From Candidatus Latescibacterota bacterium (GTDB lineage Bacteria; Latescibacterota; UBA2968; GCA-2709665): a stretch of DNA of 64,000 nt. A program made the translations under genes and the position numbers. This document shows, in pieces, positions 31,565 to 42,086 of this stretch. The stretch lies in NCBI GenBank assembly GCA_965219995.1, contig CBDCOX010000002.1, positions 3,968,001 through 4,032,000 on the forward strand, given 5' to 3'. A model generated the notes under the pieces. The model saw only the letters and a program-made list of their open reading frames with translations. It was not told where the DNA came from and did not search any database. Every line of letters begins with the position of its first letter. Positions within the stretch are counted from its first letter, which is position 1.

Positions 31565-34500
31565 ATGATGTTTGACGTGATCAAGAGGATTCTTCTCGCT
31601 CTGCTGACGCTGGCCGTCCTCGCACTCGTGGTCGTGTTCGATCCCGAGGAAGTCTCCGACGTGATGCGGGATACGCTGAGAATTCACCAGGTGGCGCCAG
31701 GGGAGCAGGTGCGCGGCGATCTGTCGGCCGAGGACCGTGCGGTTCGACGGGTTGTGGATGCGATCACCGAAGACGACGTACGCTCTCACGTGGCGTCATT
31801 GACCCGGATGCCGTCGCGCGTGGTCGGGTACGGCGGGGAACGGCAGGCGCGGGACTATATCGTATCGCAGTTCGAGGCGCTGGGTCTGGAGCGAATCACG
31901 ACGGAAACCTTTGACGTGACCGTGCCGATCGACCGGGGCGGCGTGTTGAAGGAGACGGCCACGGGCGCGGAAACACCCATATACGGCCTCTGGCCGAACG
32001 ACGTCCGGACGCCGACGCTTCCGGCGGAAGGAATCGAGGGGTCTCTGATCTACGGGCGGCGCGGGGAGTTTTCGGATTTCAACGGCTCGGTGGTGGACGG
32101 CAGCGTCGTTCTCATGGACTTCGGTTGCGGGCAGAACTACGTGAACGCGATGACGCTGGGCGCGAAGGCGATTCTGTTCTTCGACGACGGGAACGTCACG
32201 CGCGGGGAAGCGGAGGACAAGTTTCTGGAGGTGCCCGTAAACGTGCCCCGGTTCTGGGTAGACCGGGAGGATGCGCGTCGCCTTCTCAATGACGTCGAGC
32301 GCGGGGACGTCCGGGTGCATCTCACGGCACGGATGGACTGGAAAACGGTGGAGGCGGCAAACGTGTACGGCTATCTGCCGGGATCCGGGGAGCGTTTTCC
32401 GGGAGGAACCGGCATCCGATGGAAGGACAGGCTGATTGTCGTCGGGGCGTACTACGACGCCATGTCCATCGTGCCTGCCCTTGCCCCGGGCGCCGAAAGC
32501 GCCTCCGGCGCCGCCGCGCTGCTCGAGGTGATCCGCTCGCTGAAGCGGCACGGTTCCCGGCACTCCTTCCTATTTCTGGCGACGTCCGCGCACTTCGAAG
32601 GGCTCACGGGAATCAACGATTTCCTGTTCCGACATTCCCGGCGAAGCGATTATTTCAGAGACCGGATCCCCGAAGGCGAACGCATTGATTTCAGCCTGTT
32701 CGTCGGGCTGGACCTGTCCAGCCGCAGCAGGCAGGTGGGCGGATTCGCGATGGGGACCTTCTACAATGCCCGCAAGGGAACGGACGAATACCTGAAAAAC
32801 CTGCTGACGCCGTATTCTCACCGGTTCCGCGAATACAGCCGGGCGCTCTTCCCGGACGAGGCGCGCTACGTGGACGTGGTGGCCCCGGCCAAGCGGCCAT
32901 GGACGTCATATATGCCGGTACCCCTTGCCCTGGAAAGCGAGGCCGCCGTCTTCGTCGGGCAGGAAGCGATGACACTGGTAACCCTGTACGACGGTCGCGC
33001 TCGCACCGACACCCCGCTCGATCTTCCCGAGGCAATGGCCTTCGACCGCCTGACGGACCAGGTGCGGTCCGTGGCGGCCATGATGATCAAGGCGGGAAAC
33101 GACCCGGGCTTTTTCCGGGAGACCCAGCTTCGGCTGATGGATCGCGGGCACCGCCTCTCCGGACGCATTCTCTGGTTCGACAGGAACGTGGATTTCGCGA
33201 TTCCCAGGGTGCCGGTTCCAGGCGCGCTGGTGACGTACAAACAGCCGGGCCCGGGCAGCCTGGCCGGCGTCCGGACGCTGATGGTCACGCAGGCCACCAC
33301 AGGTCCTGTATATGAAGGACCGCCCTCCCGCGGGGCGGTGTTCGGCTCGAGGGACGAGGTTGGGCGGACCGGCCGGTTTGCGTTCGACATCGTGAGAAAC
33401 CGCTTCTCGAACCAGGTTCTGGCGTACGAGATCGACGCGGAGGGACGGATTGTCTCGGCGCCTGACATGGGCCTTGAGGGCGCCGGTTCTGACGGCAGAG
33501 AGGGAAAGTACCCCCTGCTTCAGGGATACGGGTGGTGGGACAACGAGATGATGGGCGTGCTGTTCAGGTGCCGGTCGCTCAGCCTGTTCGAGATTGTGGA
33601 TTCTAGCTATCTCTCGGTGCTGGACCACATGAAGGTGCTAGGGAGGGACAACAGCGAGCCGATCGAGTACGGATTCCGGTACGTGGCCAATCAGGGCCGG
33701 AAGGAGGGAAAGGTCACGCAGGCGTCGGTGGCATTCGCGCCGCCCGGGGAGCGGATCAAGATCCTGATGAGCAGCGGGCTGTTCGGAATCAAGTACCTGC
33801 TGATCAACGCGCCGGAAGACCTGTTGACCGATCCCGTCGCGTCGCGGCAGGTGAACGCGGCGACGGTGAAACGGTCCATGGGAACCGGCTACGTCCCGGA
33901 TGGAAGTGCGATCACCCTGCCGTCATACAGGGCGGCGCGGGATATGTGGATCGTGGACGACGTGCGGATGAAGCAACTGGCACGCTACGGCGTGGAAAAC
34001 CAGCGGCTTTCCCGGCTGCACGACCGCGCCCGGGAGTCTCTGCTCCAGGCGGAACGCCACCTGGAAAACCGCCGGTATGACCGGTTCATTGCATCGGCCA
34101 GGGAGGGATGGGGGCTGGAGGCACGAGGGTATCCCGAGGTCAAAGAGACGGCCAACGATACAGTCCGGGGAGTCATCTTCTATTTTGTCCTGCTGCTGCC
34201 GTTCTCGTTCTTCTGCGAGCGGCTGTTTTTCGGCTTTCCCGACGTCCATAGGAGAATTATCGGATTTGCCGGAATCCTCATCGCCATGTTTCTGGCCCTG
34301 CGGTGGGTGCATCCCGCGTTTCAGCTTTCGGGGTCTCCGTACATCATCTTTCTCGCCTTCGTGATCCTGTGTCTGGGCGGCGTGGCCATGGTGATTGTCG
34401 TTTCCAGGTTCGCGGATCAAGTGAGGAAGCTGAAGCAGGCGGCAACGGGCGTGTACGAGGAGGACGTGGGGCGGATTTCCGCCACGATCGTGGCCTTTAC

Positions 34501-36280
34501 GTTGGGAGTTTCGAATCTGCGAAAGCGGCCGTTGCGCAGCGGCCTGACGGCGGTGACGCTGACCCTGTTGACCTTTACGGTGCTCTCGTTTACGTCGGTA
34601 CAGACGTATCTGCGTTTCTACAAGCTGCCGAGGGACAACCGGCCGCCCTACGAGGGAGCGCTGGTGAGAGACCGGAACTGGCGGGGGTTGCAGCCCTCGG
34701 TACTGACCTATATCCAGAGCCATTTTGGCGGTTTCGCCCGGGTCGCCCCCCGGGCATTTTACATTTCCGAAAAGCGCGGCGAACGGGCTTACGTCGACTT
34801 CGAGGAGCCGGAAAGCGGCCGGCGGAGTTTCGCGAACGGTTTGTTGGGTGTAACGCCGCAGGAGCCGGGGGTGCTGGGGCTGGACCGGCTGCTGACTGCC
34901 GGCAGGTGGTTCCGGGAGGGGGAACGCCACGCGGTTATCCTTCCGGGAGAATTGGCAGAGCTGGTTGGGATCACCCCCGCGGACGTGGTAGCCGGCCGGG
35001 CGCGTGTGCGCATGCTTGGGGTTGAGCTTGCCGTTGTCGGGATTCTGGACTCCCGGGCCGTCGACAGGCTTGCGGACATGGACGACGAACGATTGACGCC
35101 CATCGACACCACGATGGAGACTACAGGGACGAGCGACTGGCGCAACCTGAGCCAGGACCCGAGGTTGATGGGAGCGGAGCCGATCGAGGCGTTCATCCAC
35201 CTGGACACGAGCAATACGGCGCTGCTTCCGTACGAATTTGTGATCGAAATCGGGGGCAACCTCCGGTCGATCGCGATCACCGATTTCAGGGACCCGCAGG
35301 GCAACCCGAGCCGCGACGTCCGGCGGCAGATCGAGGACTTCATGTCCAGGGTCGCGCTGACGATGTTCGTGGGGATCGGCGACGAGGTTACGGTATACAG
35401 TTCGATCGGGACGACCTCGCTCTCCGGCATCGCGAATCTCTTCATCCCGCTGCTGATCGCCTCGCTCATCGTTCTGAATACGATGATGGGCGCAGTGTAC
35501 GAGAGATTCCGCGAGATCGGCGTCTACTCGGCGGTGGGGCTGGCGCCCAGCCACATATCCGCCCTCTTCCTGGCCGAGGCGGCGGTGTTTGCCACGCTGG
35601 GGGCCGCGTTCGGTTACCTGATCGGCCAGGCGGTAGCGATGTTCCTGTATGAACGCGGGGCATTGGGCGGGATGTCATTGAACTATTCGTCGCTGTCCGC
35701 GGTTTCGTCCACCGTGCTGGTCATGCTGGCGGTGTTCCTGTCCACGCTCTATCCGGCCAGGAAAGCCGAGCAGATGTCGGTGCCGGATGTGACCCGGCGG
35801 TGGCAGTTTCCCCATCCCGACGGTGACGACTGGTCGTTCGACTTTCCGTTCACCCTGGCGGGATCGGAAGCCCTTGGGATGTATACCTATCTCTTCCGGT
35901 GTTTCGAGTCGTTCGGCGAAGGTTCCCTGGGCCGGTTCGTTTCCCGTGACGTGCGTTTCGGGTCCGAGCCGTTAACGGCCGGCACGGGGTATACGATCGC
36001 GCTGCGGATGTGGCTGGCGCCCTACGATATGGGGATCAGCCAGGACGTCCGGATGAGTGCGATTCCCACGGGAGAACACGATATCTACCGTATCGAGGTC
36101 CGGATCCATCGCCTGAGCGGCGACGTGAACTCCTGGCAGCGGGTGAACAGGGGCTTCCTGAACGACCTCCGCAAGCTCTTTCTGGTGTGGAAGACCATGC
36201 CCCCGGAAACCAGGACGGACTACGCCAGGCAGGGCGAGGTCGAACTGGAGGCGGGAGTGCAGGCGGCGAGCGCAACATGA
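31565..36280 (+). CDS. 1571-aa membrane protein: PA/M28-peptidase-like ectodomain fused to an FtsX/MacB-like permease
   Basis: 'NVYGYLPG...IVVGAYYD...APGAESASG' (M28-like fold); 'NLRKRPLRSGLT' and 'NTMMGAVYERFREIGVYSAVG' (FtsX signature); several TM clusters. Confidence 0.8.
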   Translation: MMFDVIKRILLALLTLAVLALVVVFDPEEVSDVMRDTLRIHQVAPGEQVRGDLSAEDRAVRRVVDAITEDDVRSHVASLTRMPSRVVGYGGERQARDYIVSQFEALGLERITTETFDVTVPIDRGGVLKETATGAETPIYGLWPNDVRTPTLPAEGIEGSLIYGRRGEFSDFNGSVVDGSVVLMDFGCGQNYVNAMTLGAKAILFFDDGNVTRGEAEDKFLEVPVNVPRFWVDREDARRLLNDVERGDVRVHLTARMDWKTVEAANVYGYLPGSGERFPGGTGIRWKDRLIVVGAYYDAMSIVPALAPGAESASGAAALLEVIRSLKRHGSRHSFLFLATSAHFEGLTGINDFLFRHSRRSDYFRDRIPEGERIDFSLFVGLDLSSRSRQVGGFAMGTFYNARKGTDEYLKNLLTPYSHRFREYSRALFPDEARYVDVVAPAKRPWTSYMPVPLALESEAAVFVGQEAMTLVTLYDGRARTDTPLDLPEAMAFDRLTDQVRSVAAMMIKAGNDPGFFRETQLRLMDRGHRLSGRILWFDRNVDFAIPRVPVPGALVTYKQPGPGSLAGVRTLMVTQATTGPVYEGPPSRGAVFGSRDEVGRTGRFAFDIVRNRFSNQVLAYEIDAEGRIVSAPDMGLEGAGSDGREGKYPLLQGYGWWDNEMMGVLFRCRSLSLFEIVDSSYLSVLDHMKVLGRDNSEPIEYGFRYVANQGRKEGKVTQASVAFAPPGERIKILMSSGLFGIKYLLINAPEDLLTDPVASRQVNAATVKRSMGTGYVPDGSAITLPSYRAARDMWIVDDVRMKQLARYGVENQRLSRLHDRARESLLQAERHLENRRYDRFIASAREGWGLEARGYPEVKETANDTVRGVIFYFVLLLPFSFFCERLFFGFPDVHRRIIGFAGILIAMFLALRWVHPAFQLSGSPYIIFLAFVILCLGGVAMVIVVSRFADQVRKLKQAATGVYEEDVGRISATIVAFTLGVSNLRKRPLRSGLTAVTLTLLTFTVLSFTSVQTYLRFYKLPRDNRPPYEGALVRDRNWRGLQPSVLTYIQSHFGGFARVAPRAFYISEKRGERAYVDFEEPESGRRSFANGLLGVTPQEPGVLGLDRLLTAGRWFREGERHAVILPGELAELVGITPADVVAGRARVRMLGVELAVVGILDSRAVDRLADMDDERLTPIDTTMETTGTSDWRNLSQDPRLMGAEPIEAFIHLDTSNTALLPYEFVIEIGGNLRSIAITDFRDPQGNPSRDVRRQIEDFMSRVALTMFVGIGDEVTVYSSIGTTSLSGIANLFIPLLIASLIVLNTMMGAVYERFREIGVYSAVGLAPSHISALFLAEAAVFATLGAAFGYLIGQAVAMFLYERGALGGMSLNYSSLSAVSSTVLVMLAVFLSTLYPARKAEQMSVPDVTRRWQFPHPDGDDWSFDFPFTLAGSEALGMYTYLFRCFESFGEGSLGRFVSRDVRFGSEPLTAGTGYTIALRMWLAPYDMGISQDVRMSAIPTGEHDIYRIEVRIHRLSGDVNSWQRVNRGFLNDLRKLFLVWKTMPPETRTDYARQGEVELEAGVQAASAT

Positions 36281-36330
36281 TCGGGCCAACCGAGAAGCTG
36301 TTTTCAAACAGCTTCTGAGGAAAACGCGGT

Positions 36331-38298
36331 ATGGCGAGACCTGCCGGGCAGCGCGAAACGGAGGCAGCCGGCAAGAACGCGGAGATGCGCGGGGTTACGG
36401 CGCGTGCCCTGAGCGTGGGGCTGGGGATTGCCGCCCTGCACAATTTCTGGAGCCTGCACTCGCTCTATATCATCCGGGGATCGTGGCTGAACCGTACGCA
36501 TTTCCCCATGGGCGTGTTCGTGCCGTTCCTGATCCTCGTCCTGGCAACCCCGGTCCTCCGTCGATTCGTTCCCAGAATGGCGATGTCCGGGCCCGAACTC
36601 CTGGTGGCGCTGTGTGCGGGTCTGGCGGGAGGTATGGTTCCGACGTTCGGTCTATCCACGACCTGGATCGGCATGCTGGCCATTCCGCACTATCTCGCCA
36701 CGCCCGAGAATCAGTGGGGAGAGTACCTCCTGCCCAACGTGCCCGGGTGGATGGTGCCTTCCAACGCGCAGGGGGCCATGAGATGGCTTTTCGAGGGTCT
36801 CCCCCCCGGCGAAGGGGTTCCCTGGGGCGAATGGGCCGCCCCCCTGTTTTGGTGGACGGCGCTGCTGGGCGGGTTGGCGCTGGTTTCCTTCTGTACGGTC
36901 GCGGTCCTGCACCGGCAGTGGTCGGAGCACGAACGGCTGGCCTATCCCATTCCCTCGGTGGCCGGGGACATGGCGGAAGGGGCCGAGGGCAGAGGCGAAT
37001 GGGCCGGGTTGTTGCGGAACCGGTTGTTCATCGCGGGATTGTCGGCCGCGCTGGCGATCAAAATCTGGAACCTGGTGCCCGCGTTCGTGCACGGGTTTCC
37101 GATGATCCGTTTGTTTCACCAGCAGCTGTGGGTGTACTTCACACAGTACTCCATGGTCCACGTGAGCCTGAATTTCTACACGATCGGGTTCGCGTACATG
37201 ACGGGCCTGGACCTGCTGTTGAGCATCTGGCTGTTTCATCTCCTTTACATTATGGAGATCGCGGCGTTCGCCCGGATCGGACTGGGCATCGCGGGATTCT
37301 CCGGCGGGGACGTGTCGTGGCAGGGCGGCGGCGCGATGATGTGCTACGTGGGCCTGGCGCTGTGGACGGCACGGGGGCACCTCGGACGCGTGGTACGGCG
37401 AGCGCTGGGCCGGGCCGGCGGCGCGGACGACGACGGGGAGTTGATGCGGTACCGGTGGGCGGTGTGGGGCCTGGTTCTGGGGGTGGCCTTTGTCATTTGC
37501 TGGTTGCGGATGGCCGGTATGGGAGTGCTTCTGGCCACGGGGTTGACGGTGTTGCTGTTCACGAGCTACCTGGGACTCGCGCGGATTGTGGCGCAGACCG
37601 GCCTGCTCTACGTCAACCTGCCCCAGAGCGGCCAGGGGCTTATTCTGGGCACCGTGGGTGCGGCGTCCATTCCGGCGCCGGGTCTCACGGCGATGGCGTT
37701 TACCAATGTCTTCGCCAACGACCACATGGGCCTGTTCATGCCCGCTTTCGCGCAGATTGCGAAATTGGCCGAACGGGTGGAGCGCCACCGAAGGCGGCTG
37801 GGATGGGTTGTGGGGCTGGGCCTGCTTGTCAGCATTGCGACGTCGGTGGGTCTGACGCTCTATTGGGGATATTCCGGCGGGGCGTACAATTTTGGCAGTA
37901 TCGCGCTCTTCCGGCGGACGGTCCCCAGCGTGAACGGGTACGTGAGCCATATGCGCAGCCCCGATCCCGTTTACGCGGCGCCGATTGTTCTCTTCGCGGC
38001 CGGCGCGGCGGGGATGGCCCTGCTGGCATTCCTGCGATACCGGTTCAACTGGTGGCCGGTGCACCCGGCCGGGCTGGCAGTGGGCTACACCGGCATGACG
38101 AGGCACGCGGCCTTCAGCATCTTCGCTGCCTGGGTGTGCAAGTTTATCGTGATCAAAACCGGCGGCATGCTGCTTTACCGGCGGACCGTGCCGTTCTTTA
38201 TCGGGACCATTGTCGGTTACGCGTTGTCCGTTCCCCTGGGTTACGTGCTGGACGTGATCTTTTTCGAGGGGCAGGGGCACGCCGTGCACGCGTATTGA
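36331..38298 (+). CDS. Polytopic membrane protein, DUF6785/DUF6784 (OPT-like) family, paralog 2
   Basis: Same motifs as 29582..31546: 'GVTARA', 'YLATPENQW', 'RQWSEHERLAYP', 'WWPVHPAGL', 'PFFIG'. Confidence 0.75.
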   Translation: MARPAGQRETEAAGKNAEMRGVTARALSVGLGIAALHNFWSLHSLYIIRGSWLNRTHFPMGVFVPFLILVLATPVLRRFVPRMAMSGPELLVALCAGLAGGMVPTFGLSTTWIGMLAIPHYLATPENQWGEYLLPNVPGWMVPSNAQGAMRWLFEGLPPGEGVPWGEWAAPLFWWTALLGGLALVSFCTVAVLHRQWSEHERLAYPIPSVAGDMAEGAEGRGEWAGLLRNRLFIAGLSAALAIKIWNLVPAFVHGFPMIRLFHQQLWVYFTQYSMVHVSLNFYTIGFAYMTGLDLLLSIWLFHLLYIMEIAAFARIGLGIAGFSGGDVSWQGGGAMMCYVGLALWTARGHLGRVVRRALGRAGGADDDGELMRYRWAVWGLVLGVAFVICWLRMAGMGVLLATGLTVLLFTSYLGLARIVAQTGLLYVNLPQSGQGLILGTVGAASIPAPGLTAMAFTNVFANDHMGLFMPAFAQIAKLAERVERHRRRLGWVVGLGLLVSIATSVGLTLYWGYSGGAYNFGSIALFRRTVPSVNGYVSHMRSPDPVYAAPIVLFAAGAAGMALLAFLRYRFNWWPVHPAGLAVGYTGMTRHAAFSIFAAWVCKFIVIKTGGMLLYRRTVPFFIGTIVGYALSVPLGYVLDVIFFEGQGHAVHAY

Positions 38299-38344
38299 CG
38301 CAAAAAGGCAGGCCAAGGCCGCGCCTGACGGAGGGAATGATCCG

Positions 38345-41300
38345 ATGCGTATTCCACCGGTGTACACGGAACTGAAAGATCTCAATCTCGACACGGACCT
38401 GGTCCGAAACGGCCGGCCGAACGTCACGATTGTCGTCCCCGCGGGCGGGGTCTACGCAGGCCCCGCGGAACGGATTCAGGCGGCGATTCACGCGCGGACC
38501 GGCGTGCGCGTGCCCGTTGAAGAGGACACGTCCGCCGCAGGGGCCGTACCCATATCCGGACACATGATCGTCCTGGGCAACCGGTCCACGAGTCGAACGA
38601 TCGAAGCGCTCTACAACCTGTACTACACGCTGCTGGATCTGCGCTATCCGGGCCCCGGCGGGTACGAGGTACGCTCGCTTCACAACCCGTTCGGTAACGG
38701 ACACAATGTGATCTTTGCGGGGGGCAGCGATGAGGGCGGTGTGGCCGCGGCGGCGGACGTGCTGGCCGGAAAAGTGTTGGACGCCAACGAAGAAGGTGGC
38801 GGGCATTCGCTGGGCTGGCTGATGGAGATCCAACTGGGACGAGGGATCGGGGTTCCCGATGATATCCGGGAATTCGAGACGTGGGAGGCCTCGGCGGGAT
38901 ACGGGTCGGTCGGGTATTTCGGGTGGAACAGCATCAGCAAACGAATGGCGATGTACTATATGACCGGTGACCCCTTTCACGCGCGGGAAGCTCTCCGGCT
39001 GGCCTTTCCCGACGACCGGGCGATGGCGGAGATCACCGAAATCGACGGGGAGCGGATCGAAAACAAGGACGAGCCGCTCAGCGGACCCTATCACTATAAC
39101 GCGCACATGATGATTCTGTATTGGGACCTCATCGAAGAGAGTCCGGTCTTTACGGATGACGAACGCCTGCGGGTCACGAACGCCTTCGCCGCACAGTTCG
39201 GCCACGCGCAGGACCAGGGCGCCAGGCGGCGGGTCGTTGAAAACGTGCGTCGCGGCGCGAGTGGATTCGGAAAACCGCCGTACAGCGTGGGGTCGCGGCA
39301 CGGGCAGTGGTCCGCGATTTCGCTGTACTGCCTGGGCCGTTACTTCAACAACCACTACCCCAGCGCGCTCTGGGAGCAATCCATGGCGGCGGCCAGGTGG
39401 CATTTCGCATCGCTGCATCACCACGCCCTGGTGGACGGTGAACACGACAATCTGTTCTGGTACAATACGGGAATGGCTCCTGTTCTGAGCTATATGCTGC
39501 TTACGGGCGACCGGAAGCCCATTGAAAACGGCGTTATGGCCGACCTGCTCCGCGGGCAGGAGATCCTCGCCTCGGGGCGCGAACCCGACTGGGCCCTGAA
39601 TTCCGCGTCCATCGGATTTCTCAACAAGGCCGCCTATCTGACGGGTGACGGCCGTTACCGCGAGTACCTGCGCCGGACCGGGATGGACCTGAGCATCTTC
39701 CGGCTCGGGCAGTCCTTCTGGCCGGAGGACGATATCGAGCCCCGCCTGCCCACGGATCTTGTGAACCAGTGGTCCATCCATCCCATCCCCGAGCCGCTGT
39801 GGCAGGAGCGTCACAGCGGACTGCCGTTGGAGTACTCGTATCTGTTCGGCAGTTTTCGCAGCGAGGCGGATTCAACCGGCGATTTCATCCTGGTGAAGGG
39901 GATGAACGGCGCGTCCCGAAACGCGTATCACACCTTTGTGGTACTGGAGCTGCGACTGGATGGAGAGACGTTGCTGGAAGGCTACCTGAACCAGGTGCTG
40001 ACCCGGTCGGAGGGAACGGTGGAAGCGGTGGTGGCGATGGATTCCGCGCTGAAGTACCGGGACGTTGTCGGGGGAACCGCCGTGATCGCGGCCGAAGTGC
40101 CCAGGGCGGCCTTCTGCGCCTGGCGCCGGACGCTCGCGCAGCGGGTGGGTCGGTACGCGCTGTTCGTGGACCACCTGACGTTCCGCGAGGACAGCGAGGA
40201 ACTGGAGGTGGAGGTGTTGTGGCAGGGCAAGGGCGCGTGGGAGGCGCTGCCGGACGGCGGCGCGGTAAGGATCCGGGACGCTGCGGAGGTCCATATGTCT
40301 GATCCTTTGGAGACCGTGGTTGCGGACGGCGAGGCGCGTATGGTCTGGCGGGGGCGGGTGGAGAATGGAGACGAGAGATGCGCCTTCTCGCTGCTGGCAG
40401 GGGATGGCACGACGTGCGCGCGGCTGGACGAAAACGCGGCCGCACTGTCGCTCCCGGAGCCTGCCGTGGCCGCTGCCGGTGAATACGAGGGTCTCAAGGG
40501 CGACCTGGTGGTGCTGGCCGCAACCCACCTCCACGGGGTCAACGCGACCGGGGCGGCGCTCGCCGCATCCCTGTTCCACGCGAGCGCGCCCGTGCAGCTC
40601 GACTGGGACTTTCAGAGCGGTGTCCTCGAGGTGGTTGCGGGTGAGGAGACGGAAATCCGGCTCGCCGTTGCCGATCCGGGTCGCGTGCATGTGGCCGGTA
40701 GTGTACCGGGTGGCCTGGTGGATGACGAGGGTGTGGTCGTCATCGCAATCCCTGAGGGGCGGCATTCGGTTACCGGCGCGGCGCCCGACGCGGCCGCGCT
40801 TGCAAGGGTGACGGCGCGGCTCGAGCGCCTTCTGGAGCAGGGCCGGGATGCCAGACGGCAGACCGCTGCCGCGCCATCGCCCGTTCTTCCGGATGTTCCG
40901 TCCCTGCGATCGGCTTTCACGACCGGCGTGGGTGGTACTGTAGTAGACCTCGTCACTGTCGAATCCGGCGGGGCAGCGCGAATCTGCGCGGCAGAAGGTC
41001 AGAGCGTCCATGTGCTGTCGCAGGAGGGAGCCATCCTTCGGACCCTGCGGACGGACGGTCCCATCCGCCTGCTTCATTGGTGGGGTGAGCACAACCTGCT
41101 CCTGGCGGGATGCGAAGACGAAAAGGTCATCGCGTTCGATCCGGATTCGGGCGTTCGGAAATGGGCGTTCACGTCGGAGGAAGACCCGGCGGTATTCCGG
41201 GCCGCGAAGCCGTACTGGTTCAAGACGGCGCCGGGGCACGCCGGCGTCCACGGACTCCATTCAGGCGTTTTTCTGGACGGGAAGAGCCAGGCATTCGTGG

Positions 41301-42061
41301 GCAGCGCCTGCACGCTGGAGATACTGGATGAGGACGGGAATCTCGTGAAACGGCTTCCGGTATTCTGGGGGCCGGGTTCGCGTTTCGCTTTGATCGAAGG
41401 GCCCGAGGGCAGCATCGATCTGCTCATCGCGCGGCAGCCCACGGACTCGCACGCGATGGCGGTCGTGAACAACCGCGAACTGGATCCGAAGCAGCGGAGC
41501 TTCCGGGACGTGCCGGACGGACACACGAATATCGGCGGATGGGCGTGCATGAGCCGGAAGCACATTTTCAATGAGGACCTGGATGGGGACGGCAGGAGGG
41601 AAGTCGTGAGCGAGATCAACGGGACCTGGAACCGGGTGACGGTGTGGGCGGAAGACGGGCGCGCCCTGCACAATGTCCACCTGGGCCCGGGGGAGCGTAT
41701 TCCCGCGGACAACGTTCGGGACTTTGACGTTTTCGACCTGGATGGCGACGGAAGGAAGGAGCTCCTCGCTGCGCTTTCGGGCGGGCTGATACTCGCCCTG
41801 AATCACCGATGCGAAAGGGTCTGGTCCAGGCGGATGCCGTCTCCGCCGACAGTAATGGCGGCAGTCGGGGCAGGGGGCGGCGCCAGGGTCGTGGCAGGCT
41901 GTGAAGACGGCGCGCTGGTCGTTCTGGACAGCGCCGGAGCAGTCGTCCAATCGGGCAGGACGAACGGGAGGCCGACCTGCATACAGAAGGTGAACGGAAC
42001 CGTTGTCCTGGCGACGGATCAGGGCGAGATCACGGGGTGGCGGATCGACGGCCGCCGGTGA
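38345..42061 (+). CDS. Uncharacterised ~1238-aa lyase-like plus beta-propeller protein (paralog 2)
   Basis: Shares 'YPGPGGYEVRSLHNPFGNGHNVIFAGGSD' and 'WDLIEESPVFTDDERLR' with the other paralogs; C-terminal DLDGDG repeats. Confidence 0.7.
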   Translation: MRIPPVYTELKDLNLDTDLVRNGRPNVTIVVPAGGVYAGPAERIQAAIHARTGVRVPVEEDTSAAGAVPISGHMIVLGNRSTSRTIEALYNLYYTLLDLRYPGPGGYEVRSLHNPFGNGHNVIFAGGSDEGGVAAAADVLAGKVLDANEEGGGHSLGWLMEIQLGRGIGVPDDIREFETWEASAGYGSVGYFGWNSISKRMAMYYMTGDPFHAREALRLAFPDDRAMAEITEIDGERIENKDEPLSGPYHYNAHMMILYWDLIEESPVFTDDERLRVTNAFAAQFGHAQDQGARRRVVENVRRGASGFGKPPYSVGSRHGQWSAISLYCLGRYFNNHYPSALWEQSMAAARWHFASLHHHALVDGEHDNLFWYNTGMAPVLSYMLLTGDRKPIENGVMADLLRGQEILASGREPDWALNSASIGFLNKAAYLTGDGRYREYLRRTGMDLSIFRLGQSFWPEDDIEPRLPTDLVNQWSIHPIPEPLWQERHSGLPLEYSYLFGSFRSEADSTGDFILVKGMNGASRNAYHTFVVLELRLDGETLLEGYLNQVLTRSEGTVEAVVAMDSALKYRDVVGGTAVIAAEVPRAAFCAWRRTLAQRVGRYALFVDHLTFREDSEELEVEVLWQGKGAWEALPDGGAVRIRDAAEVHMSDPLETVVADGEARMVWRGRVENGDERCAFSLLAGDGTTCARLDENAAALSLPEPAVAAAGEYEGLKGDLVVLAATHLHGVNATGAALAASLFHASAPVQLDWDFQSGVLEVVAGEETEIRLAVADPGRVHVAGSVPGGLVDDEGVVVIAIPEGRHSVTGAAPDAAALARVTARLERLLEQGRDARRQTAAAPSPVLPDVPSLRSAFTTGVGGTVVDLVTVESGGAARICAAEGQSVHVLSQEGAILRTLRTDGPIRLLHWWGEHNLLLAGCEDEKVIAFDPDSGVRKWAFTSEEDPAVFRAAKPYWFKTAPGHAGVHGLHSGVFLDGKSQAFVGSACTLEILDEDGNLVKRLPVFWGPGSRFALIEGPEGSIDLLIARQPTDSHAMAVVNNRELDPKQRSFRDVPDGHTNIGGWACMSRKHIFNEDLDGDGRREVVSEINGTWNRVTVWAEDGRALHNVHLGPGERIPADNVRDFDVFDLDGDGRKELLAALSGGLILALNHRCERVWSRRMPSPPTVMAAVGAGGGARVVAGCEDGALVVLDSAGAVVQSGRTNGRPTCIQKVNGTVVLATDQGEITGWRIDGRR

Positions 42062-42086
42062 TCCCGACGCCGTGACGGAGGAAGAA

